Numbered from the whole stretch's first letter, positions 22,901-36,218 are shown. The stretch is DNA of 62,409 bases, filler included, from Sphacelaria rigidula (GCA_964200075.2; 5 parts of 5 records of this genome joined end to end with filler, not necessarily neighbours in it), one strand, 5' to 3'. Notes: generated by a model not told the origin, from the sequence alone. Translations and numbers: made by a program.

Positions 22901-24906
22901 GGTCGAGAGTTTTCGGAGCGAACGCTGGATATACCTGACCCCCCGGTCTGGAATAACTGCGCTCTAGCCCAATCGCTCCGTACACGCATACCGCCTCCCT
23001 CTTCGGGATTGGTCGTGACGTGTCTCCTTTTTGCGTGCGCACCACTTTGCGTTTTATATGAACATGGGCGATAGTAACCGAAGCCGAGTGTCTGAAATGT
23101 TTTGAAATTCTTGGCTGAAACTTTTGACCCTACTCGCTTCGTACACACGATAACCGCTCCCGTCTACAAGGACGGTCGCCACGTGTTATTTTTCTGCTTC
23201 ATATTTCTGATATTTTGTTTTCGCTGTTGCCCAGCGTACTACTGGTTTTGTATTTATATTGTTTTGGCTTTTGCACCCATGTCGGCAAATTCGCCATGAG
23301 TGTCCCAACGTTCCTGACCCTCGAGTCTAAAACACTTGGCCTACTTTTTTTTCGCGAGCCCTCAACACGTGTGACCGACCTCGTTATAGGAGGGTCACGT
23401 GTAATGCGACGCAACGGATGATTTATACTTTGGTGATGAGTAAGGTACAACGAGGTCACCACTGGCCGTGTCGTACGTAGCGGTGTGGAGGAATTGTCAT
23501 TGAAGTCACGGTATAATTGGTTGCAAACATCTCCTCATACAGGACCATTACGTAGCGTGAAGGGATAGATTGCTCTTCCGGAACCGTCCGTTCCGGCATG
23601 TCGATATTCGACCATTGGTACAGCCTACAGGCCCAGAGTCCGCCACTCGCTATTTTCTTTGTCACTTTTTTCTGGTTTTTTGCGTACGGTTACCCGCCCA
23701 TAAAATCAGTCGGTGGTGTTTTGTTTTCATCAGTCAGGAGTTATTGGACGAAGTAACGTGACGTTGCGACCGGCTATGGTTTTTACTCCAGTTTGTGTTC
23801 GAGCCAGTCCCGTTTTAGTCCGAACGGGCGAATACTGTGAGGGGTGGACTGCGTTGGTCCTCTCTGTCCCGTGTATTTGTCGTGGTTCAGAAATGTGTTG
23901 GGCGATCCACCTCGGACTACGCAGTAGACCCGAAGGTTGTGTATTGACTCAACTACGTTTCTTTTGACGAGTACGGACACCCGACCTCACAAACCGGCCG
24001 GTTGTTTTCGTATCTCGTCGTGCGAGGGAAAAAAAAAGTGCTGCACGACTGGATCATCACCCAGACGTCCCTAGCAAGTCGTTGCTCTCACAAACATGTA
24101 CCGACAATGAACTCACGTCAAACGGGTTGATTTTTCCGTATCATGCGTATTTAGTTTTTTTCAACGTATGGTTCTAGCGGAAAACTACCTTTTTCGCGAC
24201 GAAATCGGCTGTACGTTAATGGCTTTTGCTGATTGACTGGGACGAGTGATTAGCATGAAATCGGTTATCGGAGTGATCTAATGCCTTGGCGGCCTTGCTT
24301 GTATCTTTTACCAATGGACCGAAACAAATTGGACATCCGGAAAAAAGTAAACCATTATAGTCATGGTATAGTTATGGCAGGGTATGATGATCGTTTCGAT
24401 TATGGGTCTCTGATTTCCTGTGACTGTTCCGGAAATTCTGACGGCATTCTGAGGACACTGCAATTATCTTTTTTTGTATATGGTTTCGATTGTTGATTTT
24501 TGATTGTTGATTTTTGGATGACACTTTCTACAATAGCCTCCCCTCCAAAACAGGCCAAAAAGGGCATCAAAGAGTTGCCCATATACGGCGTCAGAGCTGG
24601 TTTAGGATTCCACGGAACACTGCAGTCTTTGAGGTGTGGGCGTGATAGCTGGTTGAGGACTGCAAGGCGCGTCCTGAACCAGCGATACTGGCGAAAATGA
24701 CAATAAGCGCGACACTTCCCATCTACTAGGTGCGCGCGGCTTATCCTACTTTGACGCTTTTTATGCTGTTCGAAGGCTGGCGATTCGTCATGCGGGCAAT
24801 GTTAGAGCTGGAGGCACTCAGTTCCCCCCCCTGGACAGAAGCCCCCCCTCCTCCATGTCAAATCCACATGGAGGTTGGGGTCTCGTGGTGAGATACCTGT
24901 CAAACC

Positions 24907-25006
24907 NNNNNNNNNNNNNNNNNNNNNNNNNNNNNNNNNNNNNNNNNNNNTTAATTAATTAANNNNNNNNNNNNNNNNNNNNNNNNNNNNNNNNNNNNNN
25001 NNNNNN
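24907..25006. other. Artificial contig spacer
   Basis: N44-TTAATTAATTAA-N44. Confidence 0.98.
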
Positions 25007-26559
25007 AACGTCATTGGGCATCATCGCTGAAAGTGTGAGGAAAGCACTGTTTTAGGCTTGAACCTCATCTCAAAGTTAAACCTCAATTCGCACAATTTGT
25101 TGTTATCTACAGCCTGGGATGGTACCTATGAATCCTCTGCCCATACTGGGTACCACGGCACGGGGTGTATTATTACTGCAGGGGGAGAGAGGCGCGGCAC
25201 AGGGGTATCATGTGCTACCTGTATTAAACATGCAGTGTGTACAGAGTGGTTGTGTGCACGTGTGTGCCGAAAAAACCCGCCACGGCATCAGCCCGGGCTG
25301 GTCTAGATCCGGGATAATCGTGTACAGACAGCCTGTGAAAGCTCCGAGTGCTTGACTGCAACGTAGCCTGGTGTGAAAAAAAGTGCCGCGCCCGATAAAA
25401 AAGTCTTCGCGTACGAAGGGATGTCAGGACAGTAAACAAAACGGGGGATGTGGGTGTGGAGGATCAACCCACAGGGTAAAAGGGGTAGGATGGGAAGGAG
25501 GGGCACGCGTGTCATGCGAGAGAATACGTGATCGTGTGCACGTGTCACTGTGTAAAGAGCTACGAACGCATGTGTTTCATCAACGGCTGTTTTACCGAAG
25601 TTGGGAGGGGCACGTGTCTGGCTTTCAATATTTAGCGCACGAGCACGCATGTCCTCACGACGTTGGCGGCGCATGGAGAGTGCATCGATGTTGAGTGGGA
25701 GACCGCTTGACACATTCTTGGTCATCGCGAAGGGCGTTTACAAGCAAGGCAGCCGAGCCGATAAGTGTGTGCTTCGACAAAAAATAAGCGGCGCACTCGA
25801 CTGTATATATAGAGAGAACTGTACCGAAAAAAACCTCGGGTCATCCCCAAGATCAGAAAACAGACAGGGTCAACCGCAGCAGCAGCAGCACCGCAGCTGT
25901 AACACGCAAACATAAGATACAATCCCAGCTGAAGCCCCAAATGTCAAATAATATGATGAATTGTCACCGTAGCTGCTTGGCGCAGGGTAGTGATGACGGA
26001 AGTCCAAAGGATCCATGACTTTTCAATTGAATGCTTGCTACAGTTGGATGTACGCTTAGCTGGCGGAGCAATGAAACAGGTGTGTACCATTAGAGAAAGT
26101 GAGCAGAACAAAAGTTATATAGTGCACCCAGGGGAGACTCACTTATAGTCTCCTTGATCCTGAGGGCTCAATCTCCTCAGAAAAGGGATAGTTGAAGTCT
26201 ATCAGACGCTGCCGAAGTGTTGATTAGTCCTTTACTAGACTGCTGAGGCCTTGAGGCGGTGAGAAAGTGAGACCATGTGGCTTCCCTGCGGGGAACCCAT
26301 CATGCCCAATACCAAAACATAACCTCACTCAAGTGATAACTTAAATCCACGAACTCAAGTCAAATCATGTAGGCTTCAGTCTTCAAACAAGCTTACACAC
26401 AGATCTACCGATAAACGTCATACAATATGATAGCGACCAACTACGCACGTATCAACAATCCAACAACTGGCTTGTGGGGCATCCAAGCCGCCGAAATATT
26501 CGCCAAAGATATACAATTCTAGTACCCGCCGATCTATATTCAGAAAGCAGTAATTTGAC

Positions 26560-26848
26560 CCCTGTATCTCCCATCAAATTACATTTAGGGTTCGAGGCCG
26601 CAGACTAGCTACCCAACAACTGGGTAGACGAGGCGAGTCCGGAACCTATCTCGGCCAAAATTTGGGTACAGTATTTAGGTCATACTCAAGTGGTCCTCTT
26701 AACCCTCCTCTTCGTGGGAGTCCTTGCCCTAGGTTCGGGTGGATAATGTGAGGTCGTGTCCAATGTACCCGAAAAATAGGTAAGTGTTTGAGGCCGTACC
26801 CAATCTACCGTAAGGTCGGTGGGTACTTGACCCGAGTATTCAACACTG
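26560..26848. mobile_element. Right end of a hAT-like element related to 9397-10420
   Basis: TTTGAGGCCGTACCCAATCTAC-like subterminal motifs and terminus CAACACTG. Left end and TSD not found. Confidence 0.45.
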
Positions 26849-27619
26849 TATACTGTACCCGACCTGCCGTTCGAATCGTTGCTGTCTCTAGGGTAATTCG
26901 TGTTATTTCTTTTGCGTTCTCGTCAAAAATTGGTCGTCAACGTACTAAAACGCTCAAAAACAGTGAAAAAAAAACATGACCCATATTGTTTGGTTCATTA
27001 TGCCATAGTGAGATCCCACCCAACATTTCAATACACAAAACTCAAACGTGGGCCGGTATGTGGCCTGCAAACTACTGTTCCGATTTTTCACAGACGTATT
27101 CGTAATTTACCACTTTTGGAATTGAACCCTAAGTTTTGGTATGGAAAATGAATACGGTATGCTCATTGACACCATTTTGAACCAAATAAAGCGCACCGCG
27201 AGTGTGGCAGATCGTCTGACACACTTTTGAGAATCTTTTTTCGTGCAATCAAATACCCCCTCCTATCGTACGCCCCCCCCCCCATCGTAGGATGAATCTG
27301 TTGTTAATAAGTCAGCACCTCGAAATCAGCATATTTCCGTTGCTGGTGCCAAAAGGGTCAAAAAATGAAAAAACACTTGATTCATGCACAGTTTTTTTCA
27401 TTATTCCCCGTTGATTGTCCATACCAAATTTCGGAGTCCAATCTCAAGTATAAAATTGCGAATGGACCTGCAAACTTCAAATCCGCTTCGAGGCTGGCCC
27501 AGCTCGTACCACGAGTACTGTCTGTACTTTTATTGCTGTCAGATGCAATTCCTAATTCTACTGTTATTTTGTTCGTAATAATGTAAACATATTCGTTATA
27601 AATGCACCACACCCTGGAC

Positions 27620-27982
27620 AATAGACGGCATCTATTGCGATAACAATATCATCTGCTGCAGTAGATGCCAGTATTGTCGTCCGTAATGACCATCGATCGG
27701 CAAGCTTCTATTTCTATTGCCGTCGGCAATGTCTATCGATAGACCAGCTTCCCACACTCTTGTCTGGGCAGTAGTCTGCTGTGGCCCTTAACCGAAATCT
27801 ATTGCCGCCGACCAAATGCATCGATCGATAGTTTTCCAACTCTGTTGATGACGGCAATGGCTATCGATAGACCGCGTGCCAAATTTATTGATGACGACGA
27901 TGGCTATTGACAGATTGTACACCAAATCTATTGATGACAGCAATAGCTATTGATAGATTGCGCATCAATCTATTCATGGCGG
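27620..27982. repeat. ~43-bp tandem repeats with CTATCGATAG/CTATTGATAG palindromic cores
   Basis: Units start at about 27841, 27884, 27927 and 27969 (TCTATTGATGACGGCAATGGCTATCGATAGA...). More degenerate units lie upstream. Confidence 0.8.
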
Positions 27983-27989
27983 CACTGGA

Positions 27990-30400
27990 ACCACCACCTT
28001 CTGCACACCATAGAGCAACAATTCCTCTCATACGGTAGCTCCTAGCAGCCACCTCTAGCACCCCCATGGTGAATCTCAACATGCTACCAAACAGCATATC
28101 CTTACTGCTGAACCAACGCAACAAATACTCTGCCTCCACAGGAGGTTGCGCATCGAAGATTTCTCCTGTTTCAGACGCTTTTTTAGGGGAAACGAGAGGT
28201 GGAACGGGAACAACCATATAGTCCCGCATAGCGACAGCTCTCGAGGGCACCATACCATCCTCATTAAGCACCTGACCTGACATCATATGAGCAATATCAC
28301 GCATCATTCGCTTACATTTACGATGGGACAACAGCGAATTGACCATCCGAAATCTACGATCCATCAACGCCTTATTAAACGCTTTCACCGCACAATTCTT
28401 CACATGCCATCCCGTATCGCCGACCCATATCTCCGGCGACCCCATCGCTTTGGCTTTGAACCATGTCAGGAAATGCTCCACCTTCTTCGCCTCCACACTA
28501 GACTTTGCGGTCTCAAACCACACGAAGTCGCTCACATCGTCTTTGATCACCAAATTATCTTGGATCGGATCTCCGTCGTCCAACCCACCATTTTCCAGCT
28601 GACCACTCGCTCCATCGCTGAGGAAATTGAATTTCATCACCTCCTCCGGGCGAGTACCCTGCACCTTATCCCCACCATGCACCATATCCTCGTGGGGAGG
28701 GGGAATGTGCGCCCCCACCTTGGATTCGCTCACCCGCCGCGAGAAGAAATTTTCCGGCGTTTCCATCGCCGCTCTCTCCAAACTTGATTGCAAACTGCAG
28801 CACAGTAACACACACGCCACCTAAACTGCAACGCACGAAGCTAGCCACCCGGCCTTCACCGGGTCGTTGCAATTGGGCTGGGCCTTCACAGCCGTCGCCT
28901 GTGACTGTGGCTGCACCCTCATAGGCGGTATGGCTCCGCTCTCAGGAGCTTCCTCTTCATTTCCACCTGCATCCTTCTTGCTCTCACTTTGAAACGACCA
29001 CTCACGGACGATCACCCGCCTAGCCGGAAGATAACCAGGGTTGTTCACGCCGGTCTGCACCGGCACTGCACGCGGGCGTAACTTTTCCAAAGCCAGCGGA
29101 TACAAATGTACCCCGAGTTCCTTCATGGTCGCCATGCCAAACAACACCACGCTCTCATTGCCAGGCATGACCACGAAAGTGATTGGCGACATCTCCACAG
29201 CTCCCCACGGCGTTCGCACGCTTACAGCAATAGGCACCGTTTTATGAGAAATAGTCACGGGCGCACCCGTGGCGCTCTGTGCCATTTGCGGCCCATTTTC
29301 AAATGGTAGCTGTAGCTGGGCGTACCCAAACTGTCAAGACATCTGTTGCAGCAACCCCACACTTATTGATGTGATTGCTGATCCAGAGTCGAGAAAAACT
29401 CGAGCCATAAAAGAACCAACAGAACCTGGTATAGATAGATCAGCGCGCAACCATTCTGCGCTGCGGTCGACAGGTACCACACCTGCCGAAGAAAAACTCT
29501 GGTTAGTACCTAGAGTCACTCGACGCCAAGGCAGCGCTCCAGCACTTGACATCGATGTTTTTGCATTCGTCGCAACAGTGGATGATACACCCGACATGAA
29601 TCCTGCCGGGCCTATGGGTTGCGAGCCTTCCGCTCCAGCACTCCCCACCAGAGTATTACCTCCTCCCACATATGTTAGCCGCCCCGACACAGAAAAACCT
29701 GGAGATCTAGCGTCATCACTTGAAAGCACACTTAGGGATACAGTAGCGGCGCAATTACACTTCTCCGTCGCTTGGTTTCGGTTTTTGCCCCTGCCTCTTC
29801 ACCCGTATCTCTGGTTGCTCATACCTTGTCCGCCACAACGACCGCCTCGAGATCTTGACCTATCTCGCGCATTTCCGTGCGCAGCGCCTTTAGCGCGAGG
29901 CTTGGGGCAACTTCTTAAAATTTGCCCATGGTCTACATAATTGTAACATCGGCGAGTGAATAACGCTCGCGAAGTCGGCAGCTATTCCTGTTACATATGC
30001 TCGTCATACTTTGACGTTTGTAACGGTTTATCCCAAACCAGCGGCATCGTTGCCGCTTGAGCCATGTTCTCCATGACTCAAAAATCACGGATAGACTCTT
30101 GCCTTACTTGAGCGTCCCTCCAGCGAAGTGTGTTCCTCCAAACGCCGTGCGCTGTAAGCTGTCGTCCGTCTGCGAGCTGAACTAGCTCTATGCTGCAGCC
30201 CAATCCCTCCTCAGTTAAAACTCCTCTAACAGAGTGCCGAAGAATAATATCTAGATATTATAGCCTCTGCCAGACGATCTGGACAAGAGGGCTATTGAGT
30301 GAGGGACTTCTCCAGAATCCACTGGCCTCACGCTCGATAAGAACTTCTCTTAGAGCTCCCATTTACGAAATAAGCAGCTGCGGCCTGTACCTTCAGGCAT
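27990..30400 (-). mobile_element. Decayed, internally deleted Gypsy G3 (gag remnant, protease, integrase core; no RT/RNase H)
   Basis: Degenerate knuckle RRCYNYVDHGQILRSCP (~29905-29955). Protease VFLDSGSAITSIS (~29360-29405). Integrase-like LVIKDDVSDFVW...GSPEIWVGDTGWHVKN...CKRMMR (28280-28700). Confidence 0.85.
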
Positions 30401-30435
30401 AGGCTACACAGCAAGGGTCATCATCCACAGGATGC

Positions 30436-30502
30436 CCTTGTCCCCTGGTCATCCAGGATCCTACATGCTACATTTACCACGCCTTAGTGTATTTTGGCTA
30501 CA
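30436..30502 (+). repeat. Dispersed repeat also present at 50011-50079
   Basis: CTTGTCCCCTGGTCATCCAGGATCCTACATGCTACAT...GTGTATTTTGGCTACA occurs in both contigs. Confidence 0.85.
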
Positions 30503-31152
30503 GACTGCCCTGTCTAAATTTGCAACATTAAACACTTTCTTGTGCAATTAAATGAGATCATATGTTTTGAGGTTGGCGCTTTACTTGGCCGAACAAACAC
30601 AATAAAAAACTCGGTTCTTTATTAACGCAGAAACCAATAACAAGCGGATAGGCTTGATTGAGTGGAGAAAAAATGGAGAGTGACCACGAGGTGGCATCTC
30701 AGAAAAGGGTGCTATCTCAACCAAACATTTCGTACTATAAGCTGTACGACCTGAACTCTATGCCCATGCACTCTACATCCATAAACTCTTGATACTGTAG
30801 ACTGCTCGACTCAAGCCCTTTACTATTCTGACATAAACAGTCCGACCTATCCATGCATTAATCCTGCATAACCCGACAGCCAAAACCCCTTCATACTGTC
30901 TGTACTACGTTCTACGTATGTTGCTGTTCATGCTGAACCGTAACGTAATCTCCCGCTAAAGTTGTATGTATCCACGAAATAGATTTCCTTCCAACACACC
31001 CCCTGAAACCTATTTCTATATCTTGATTAAAAAATAAACATGACCATGCAGGAAACATGAGCAAACAGATGATAAAACTCTTCTGCATAAAAAGAAGTTA
31101 AATAAATTTCCCCGTAGATATCCACTCAATTATACTAGTTACCACGAAGTTG

Positions 31153-31662
31153 CTACATTTGCCACGAAGTTACCACATTCAGATCCTCATGATATATGCT
31201 TGAATGAAATATAGGTTGAGTGTTCGATCTTGTTGCATTGACCCTAGACACTATAGCTCCATGAACCATTCCCAGTAAAATAAAATCTAACTCGTCAAAA
31301 TTTTCCTTGTACCATGCCTTACATAAAAAGTTGAATATCTTTGGATCTAAAACGAGAAGTAAATCACTATTTTTATAAAGTGCTGGAAGACTCACAAGAA
31401 AGGTAAAAATTATAGGGTAAATACTGGTATCCATAACTCCTAGCCTTTTTAGATCGTGTACCATTTGCCTCCTTCCGAACTCTGACTGTCCTGGTACCAA
31501 CATATGCTCCACTATATTTTCTCTTTCTCCCCAAACACTCTTACTAGCTCCTTGTCTTGTGACGTTGTTTCTCGCGTGGTGGCGATACGAGTGTCGACGG
31601 TGACCAGAACGTCGCGTGGTGTTGTGGATGTTGTTGTCGTCGTTGCCGATGCGTCCATCCAT
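31153..31662 (-). CDS. Extra 169-aa ORF between the C1 pol stop and the PPT; function unknown
   Basis: ATG at 31662 and open to 31153. Basic/His-rich N-terminus and a hydrophobic segment IYPIIFTFLVSLPALY. Confidence 0.5.
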   Translation of the reverse strand: MDGRIGNDDNNIHNTTRRSGHRRHSYRHHARNNVTRQGASKSVWGERENIVEHMLVPGQSEFGRRQMVHDLKRLGVMDTSIYPIIFTFLVSLPALYKNSDLLLVLDPKIFNFLCKAWYKENFDELDFILLGMVHGAIVSRVNATRSNTQPIFHSSIYHEDLNVVTSWQM

Positions 31663-31733
31663 TTTTCTTGACTTGCAATGTTGCAAGCGATGCTGATCTC
31701 TTCTCCTCGTCAGTATCTGCTCCACTTGAATAG

Positions 31734-33645
31734 TTATTTCCCAAAGTCCTCCACCTGTTGCAAGAGTCTGTGGTGTACTATTTTCTCGCAATATTTGGGA
31801 AGGCTGTCAGCAAGTTGATTATTATTTGATCGTTTCTTATCATACCTTGGAGAGTTAAGAACTTTATAGCTAGATGATTGCTACTTGTGCTATAGTTGGA
31901 ATTTGATGATACATTCAGTGCCCCTTGAGAATCTGAGAGAATAGTGGGTGTTTTCATCGATGACCAGCCAAGTTCACGTACGAGATGCAGTAAATACATT
32001 CAGAACTTTCCACATCTGTAGCTAAAGCTATTAGTTCTGCTTCAGTAGTTGAAGAAGCCGTACTTTTCTGCAGACTTGAAGGAAAGTGAACTAATCCGTT
32101 AGCTAAAAAGAACATAGTCCCCGTGGTTGATTTCATTATACCTTGTGAACCTGAGTTACCGTATGAAGAATCACAAAATCCTCGTAGATTCAAGTTATTC
32201 TTCGAGAAGCGGTACGTGATAGGTAGATCCGGTATCCCTTTCAAGTACCGAAATACACGTTTCACTGCAACTACATGATGGGTACTTGGTTTTACTCATA
32301 TGGCGAGCTGCCTGAGTAACACTAAAAGCTATCTCGAATCTAGTGCATTGTGCTAGGAAAATCAGACTACCTACCATTGCTTGATATTGTTTTGTCTGTT
32401 CTTGGTCTAAAAACATTATTTCCGGTTCTTCTGTATATTGATTTGCTATACCTGGTGTATGTACGTTGTTGCAGGAGTCCATTTTGAACTTTTGTAGAAA
32501 ATTTAGTACATATTGATGCTGTGAAAGTTTTAGAAATCCTCTTTCAAAGTCCCTGATGACTTCCATACCTAAAAGAAGTGAAACAGGTCCTAACTGTGAT
32601 GTTGAAAAATTTGTTTTGAGAGTGTCTTGTACACTTTGTAAGGTTTCGATGGATGGTCCTGTAACTAGGATATCATCAACGAACAAAGTGATCAGGATAT
32701 CATGTTCTTGTTGCCCTCTTGTATAAAAACACAGACCACTTGCGGTCGCTTTGAAACCCAAGTTCTGTAGTTCAATGTCAATTGTAAAATTCCAAACATT
32801 AGGACTTTGGCGTAGTCCGTATAAAGCACGCCTAAGACGCATCACATGTGGTTTACCAGTATTCGGATCTGATGTTTCGAATCCAGGTGCTTGTTTACAG
32901 AACACAGTTTCTTTCAATCTGCCGTTTAAAAATGCGATCTGTACATCTAGAGCTATTATGGGCCAATTTTTAGCTGTAGCTATTGCTAATAAAATTATCT
33001 GACTTTCCAGTCGACATACAGGTGCGAAGGTACTTCCACAGTCAAATCCATGTTTCTGTGCCCAACCTTGGACATCTAAACGAGCCTTAAATCTTCCATC
33101 TGATTTAACTTTGTACCCCCAACGCGTACGAATTATGTTGTTGTTTGGGGGTACCAAACTTGTTGGAATAGTATCTGTCACTTTGTCATCCGATATGCTT
33201 TGTAGTTCGTCTAGCATGGCAGCTTTCCACTTTGTTGCAAATGGTGAAGATGACGCCTGTTTATAGGTATTTGGAACTGGGATGGATGCAGGTGGTACTA
33301 CATCTTCGATACCGATTACTCCTATCTATTGGGTAACACTATCGAGAATTATTTCCGAGTGTTGATAGTATTCAACAGAGTAGATAGCTAGTTTGCGCAA
33401 TTATCTGGCTTGGCGCGTGTTTATTTGTCGAGATGTATCATGATCTGGGCTACCCGCAGAACGAAGTCGCATCGGTGTAGTTTGCTCGGTAGATGAATGC
33501 TCTAATTGAGTAGTACCGTCGTATACATCGTTGTTCAAATTAAAATTTTCTTGCTGCTCATTATTTGGAAGTTCGAAAATATCATCTTCATTATCATCCC
33601 CGTTTTCTCTCCCCCATGTAGCATGTGTATCATTGGAGATGATTC
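31734..33645 (-). pseudogene. pol: C1 pol remnant (linker, RT, RNase H)
   Basis: ORFs 32195-33217, 31954-32265 and 31778-31999 are joined by frameshifts. It ends QLADSLPKY...EDFGK* at 31734. Confidence 0.92.
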
Positions 33646-33649
33646 TGGC

Positions 33650-33945
33650 TGCTTGCTGTATTTTTAATTAATCGCCTACCGCATATTGGCATTAATGGTG
33701 AAATTCCCTATCATCGAATCGGAAACATGTCAAATTATTATTTTAGCGCATAATCGGCTCGCGTGCTTTTGTGGACGTAGAACGCCATATTAATAAATTA
33801 GAGCAAAAGGCATGGGAAGGCGTCCTAGTAGGTTATGACCCTGACAGTCCGTCTTATCGTATATACAATCGAGAAACTGGTCGAATTGGAAGTTCGAGGT
33901 TTGTTACCTTCATAGAGCAAGCCAAAGCCATACTTTCAACACGTT
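33650..33945 (+). pseudogene. Inverted Copia integrase C-terminal/SH3-like fragment inside C1
   Basis: AVFLINRLPH...IIGSRAFV...KLEQKAWEGVLVGYDPDSPSYRIYN...SRFVTFIE is on the + strand, opposite to the RT. Confidence 0.88.
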
Positions 33946-36024
33946 ATGAGCCTCGAACTCTTGATACTGTAGACTTCTCGACTGAAGCCCTTCACTATTC
34001 TGACATAAACAGTCCGACCTATCCATGCATTAATCCTGCATAACCCTACGGCCAAAACTCCTTCATACTGTATGTACTACGTTCTACGTATGTTGCTGTT
34101 CATGCTGAACCGTAACGTAATCTCCCGCTAAAGTTGTATGTATCCACGAAATAGATTTCCTTCCAACACACCACAACGTACAGGCAAAGAAACGCATGCA
34201 TGGAGTAAGAATCGGTCAAGTCAAAGAGCGAATAAAAACTCAATCTCACTCACAATCAACGCTAGACTCTTTATCTCCCGAAAACATTAAGCGTAGGCCC
34301 AAACGGCCAGTAAACAAAAAATGTTCAAAAGTATAGATATATGTGCCATATGTACCTACAGCCTGTCCGCCTCGAAGATTCACAACCTACTCAGCCAGGT
34401 AGGTTTGGATACAGCTATGCTAGGCATTGTGCATGCCGTACGTGATCTGTTCGGTTGAGGTATATGTGATACACGCATTACATAGTATACTACTCCTGCA
34501 CTAGTCAGTGCGAAAGCGCGAAGCAGTACGACACCGCGAAGCAGGGTCAGCAGCAGAGGTTTGCACGAACGAAGACGAGTAAGCCCTGCACATAAACGGT
34601 CATCAAAATCAGTTAATATTTTTCTAGAACAACACATTTCAAACACGAAATACGCGCGAATCGGGCACAAACCAGGAAGATCGGAAAATCCTGGATACAT
34701 ATTGGTCGAACATTCCTCAGAGCGGGGAGACAAAATGTCCCACGACCAACCACTTCAAGCTCAAAATGCCAGACTTTCATTAGTCATGGAACTTGCCCTG
34801 GTTCGACCTAGCTCAGCCTTGACATGCCTGGTTGGAGTGGTGCTACACACTACTCTATCTCACCAACATGCCGCGATGAGCAACTGGTTGTGACGCGAAT
34901 ATTCTCGACTCTTTGACCTTCATCCTACACGCATATTTGTGTACTGATTTGTGAACGAAATTTCCCCGCAATGACTCGTCCCTGGACGCTTTCGACAAAT
35001 TCGCAACCAGGGCTTGCCAGTGCATGGCGCGGGCGACAGACGAGCGCACCTGCATACATGGGAGCAGCTGACAACCCCCTATTCCGTTGTATGTGGCGAA
35101 GGATAGATAGTTTTATCTTTTGTATTATTGGAGAGTGCCTAGACTGAATCGACCCTATGACTGAGGGATCAGATGTTGAGTGTGCTTAGCAGGCAGCGTG
35201 GTAGCTGCCATGAGCGGGGTACTGTAGTCACACACACTCGACTACCAGTACTCGCACGTCCGTATTAATCTATCCGCACATGTGCATGTTCACTCAGTGT
35301 ACCTGTTCACATGAACACCCCCTCCCCCCGCCTTATTTGAGTCTCGACGGCAGACTCTGGAAAAATCGGAATGTGAAGACTCGGAGACGGAAGGGCTAAG
35401 TGGCAAGAGAATCTACCATCTGTCCAACGCCGGGACTCAACTCGGATACGATGCTCGTCCCGGAATATATTATTCAAGGGTCAGTTCTTCAAAACAATCC
35501 CAGGACCTCGAGCGACAGGTCTTCTAGACGTAAAAGAAATGATCCACGTGACGGGAAAAGTTGCGATTCCATTTTTCTACAGTTTCTCGCAAAGCCTCAC
35601 ATATCTATCTCGCACAGAAAGCGCTCAGGTTCCACAAGTCATGATGCTGTACTAATTAATATTGCACGAGCATATCCTTCAGTGCCAAAATTCGGAAACA
35701 ACGGACAACGACAGAAAAATATGACAACTAGCACCCAAGATCGGGAATAATATGGCGTCTCCCGATCAACTCTCGTCTCGTGGGAAGACCCTGGAAAAGT
35801 CAGAATCGTAAGAGTTGGAGATGGAGAAGCTACGGACAAGAGAATTTCCCATGTCTCCGACGTCGAGGTGCAACTCGGATGCGATGCTTGTACCTGAAAA
35901 GAAATCCCAGGACCTGGAGCGATAAGTCAAGACCCATGCAAATTATGTGCTGTCTCGATACGTTGCTGTGGAGTCAAGAATAGGACACGTTCGATGCACC
36001 TGTCGTCTTCTGCGCCGTAACCCA

Positions 36025-36218
36025 GTACAAGACGTGAGAGGACTGCGTGCTTGGGGGACCGCATCGAAGTTCAAAACACCTCAGAATCGACGTTTTTCAA
36101 ATCCAATTGGGCCAGTCCCTACCCTAACCCCAACCCGAACCCTAACCTTACCCCTAACCATAGGGGTGTTTCAAATCCAATGCGGTCCAAAAAGCACACG
36201 ATCCGCTCGCGCATTACA
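36025..36218 (+). mobile_element. MITE with ~40-bp TIRs enclosing telomere-like (CCCTAA)n variants, copy 1
   Basis: Left ACGTGAGAGGACTGCGTGCTTGGGGGACCGCATCG and right CAATGCGGTCCAAAAAGCACACGATCCGCTCGCG are inverted copies. Core CCCTACCCTAACCCCAACCCGAACCCTAACCTTACCCCTAACC. Confidence 0.8.

Larger units (their letters stand above)
30784..34168 (-). mobile_element. Rearranged Ty1/Copia element C1 between two ~213-bp LTR-derived direct repeats
   Basis: Direct repeats at 30784-30996 and 33956-34168 begin TGTTGGAAGG on the minus strand. PPT AGGGGGTG lies next to the left copy. RT (FKARL, LYGLRQS, FVDD) and RNase H (FCDS, STTEAE, SDSQGA, QLAD) are on the minus strand. Confidence 0.92.

Noticed and set aside
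22290-23045. 251-aa Lys/Asn-rich ORF on the minus strand
   Set aside because: Translation artefact of a T-rich low-complexity tract.
25960-26330. Minus-strand exon-like fragments with splice signals
   Set aside because: All frames contain stops and no family motif was recognisable; at most a transposase relic.
27885-28820. Novel 311-aa protein
   Set aside because: It is a degenerate Gypsy integrase core running into a tandem repeat.
36117-36160. True telomere or chromosome end
   Set aside because: Short, degenerate, internal and enclosed by TIRs.
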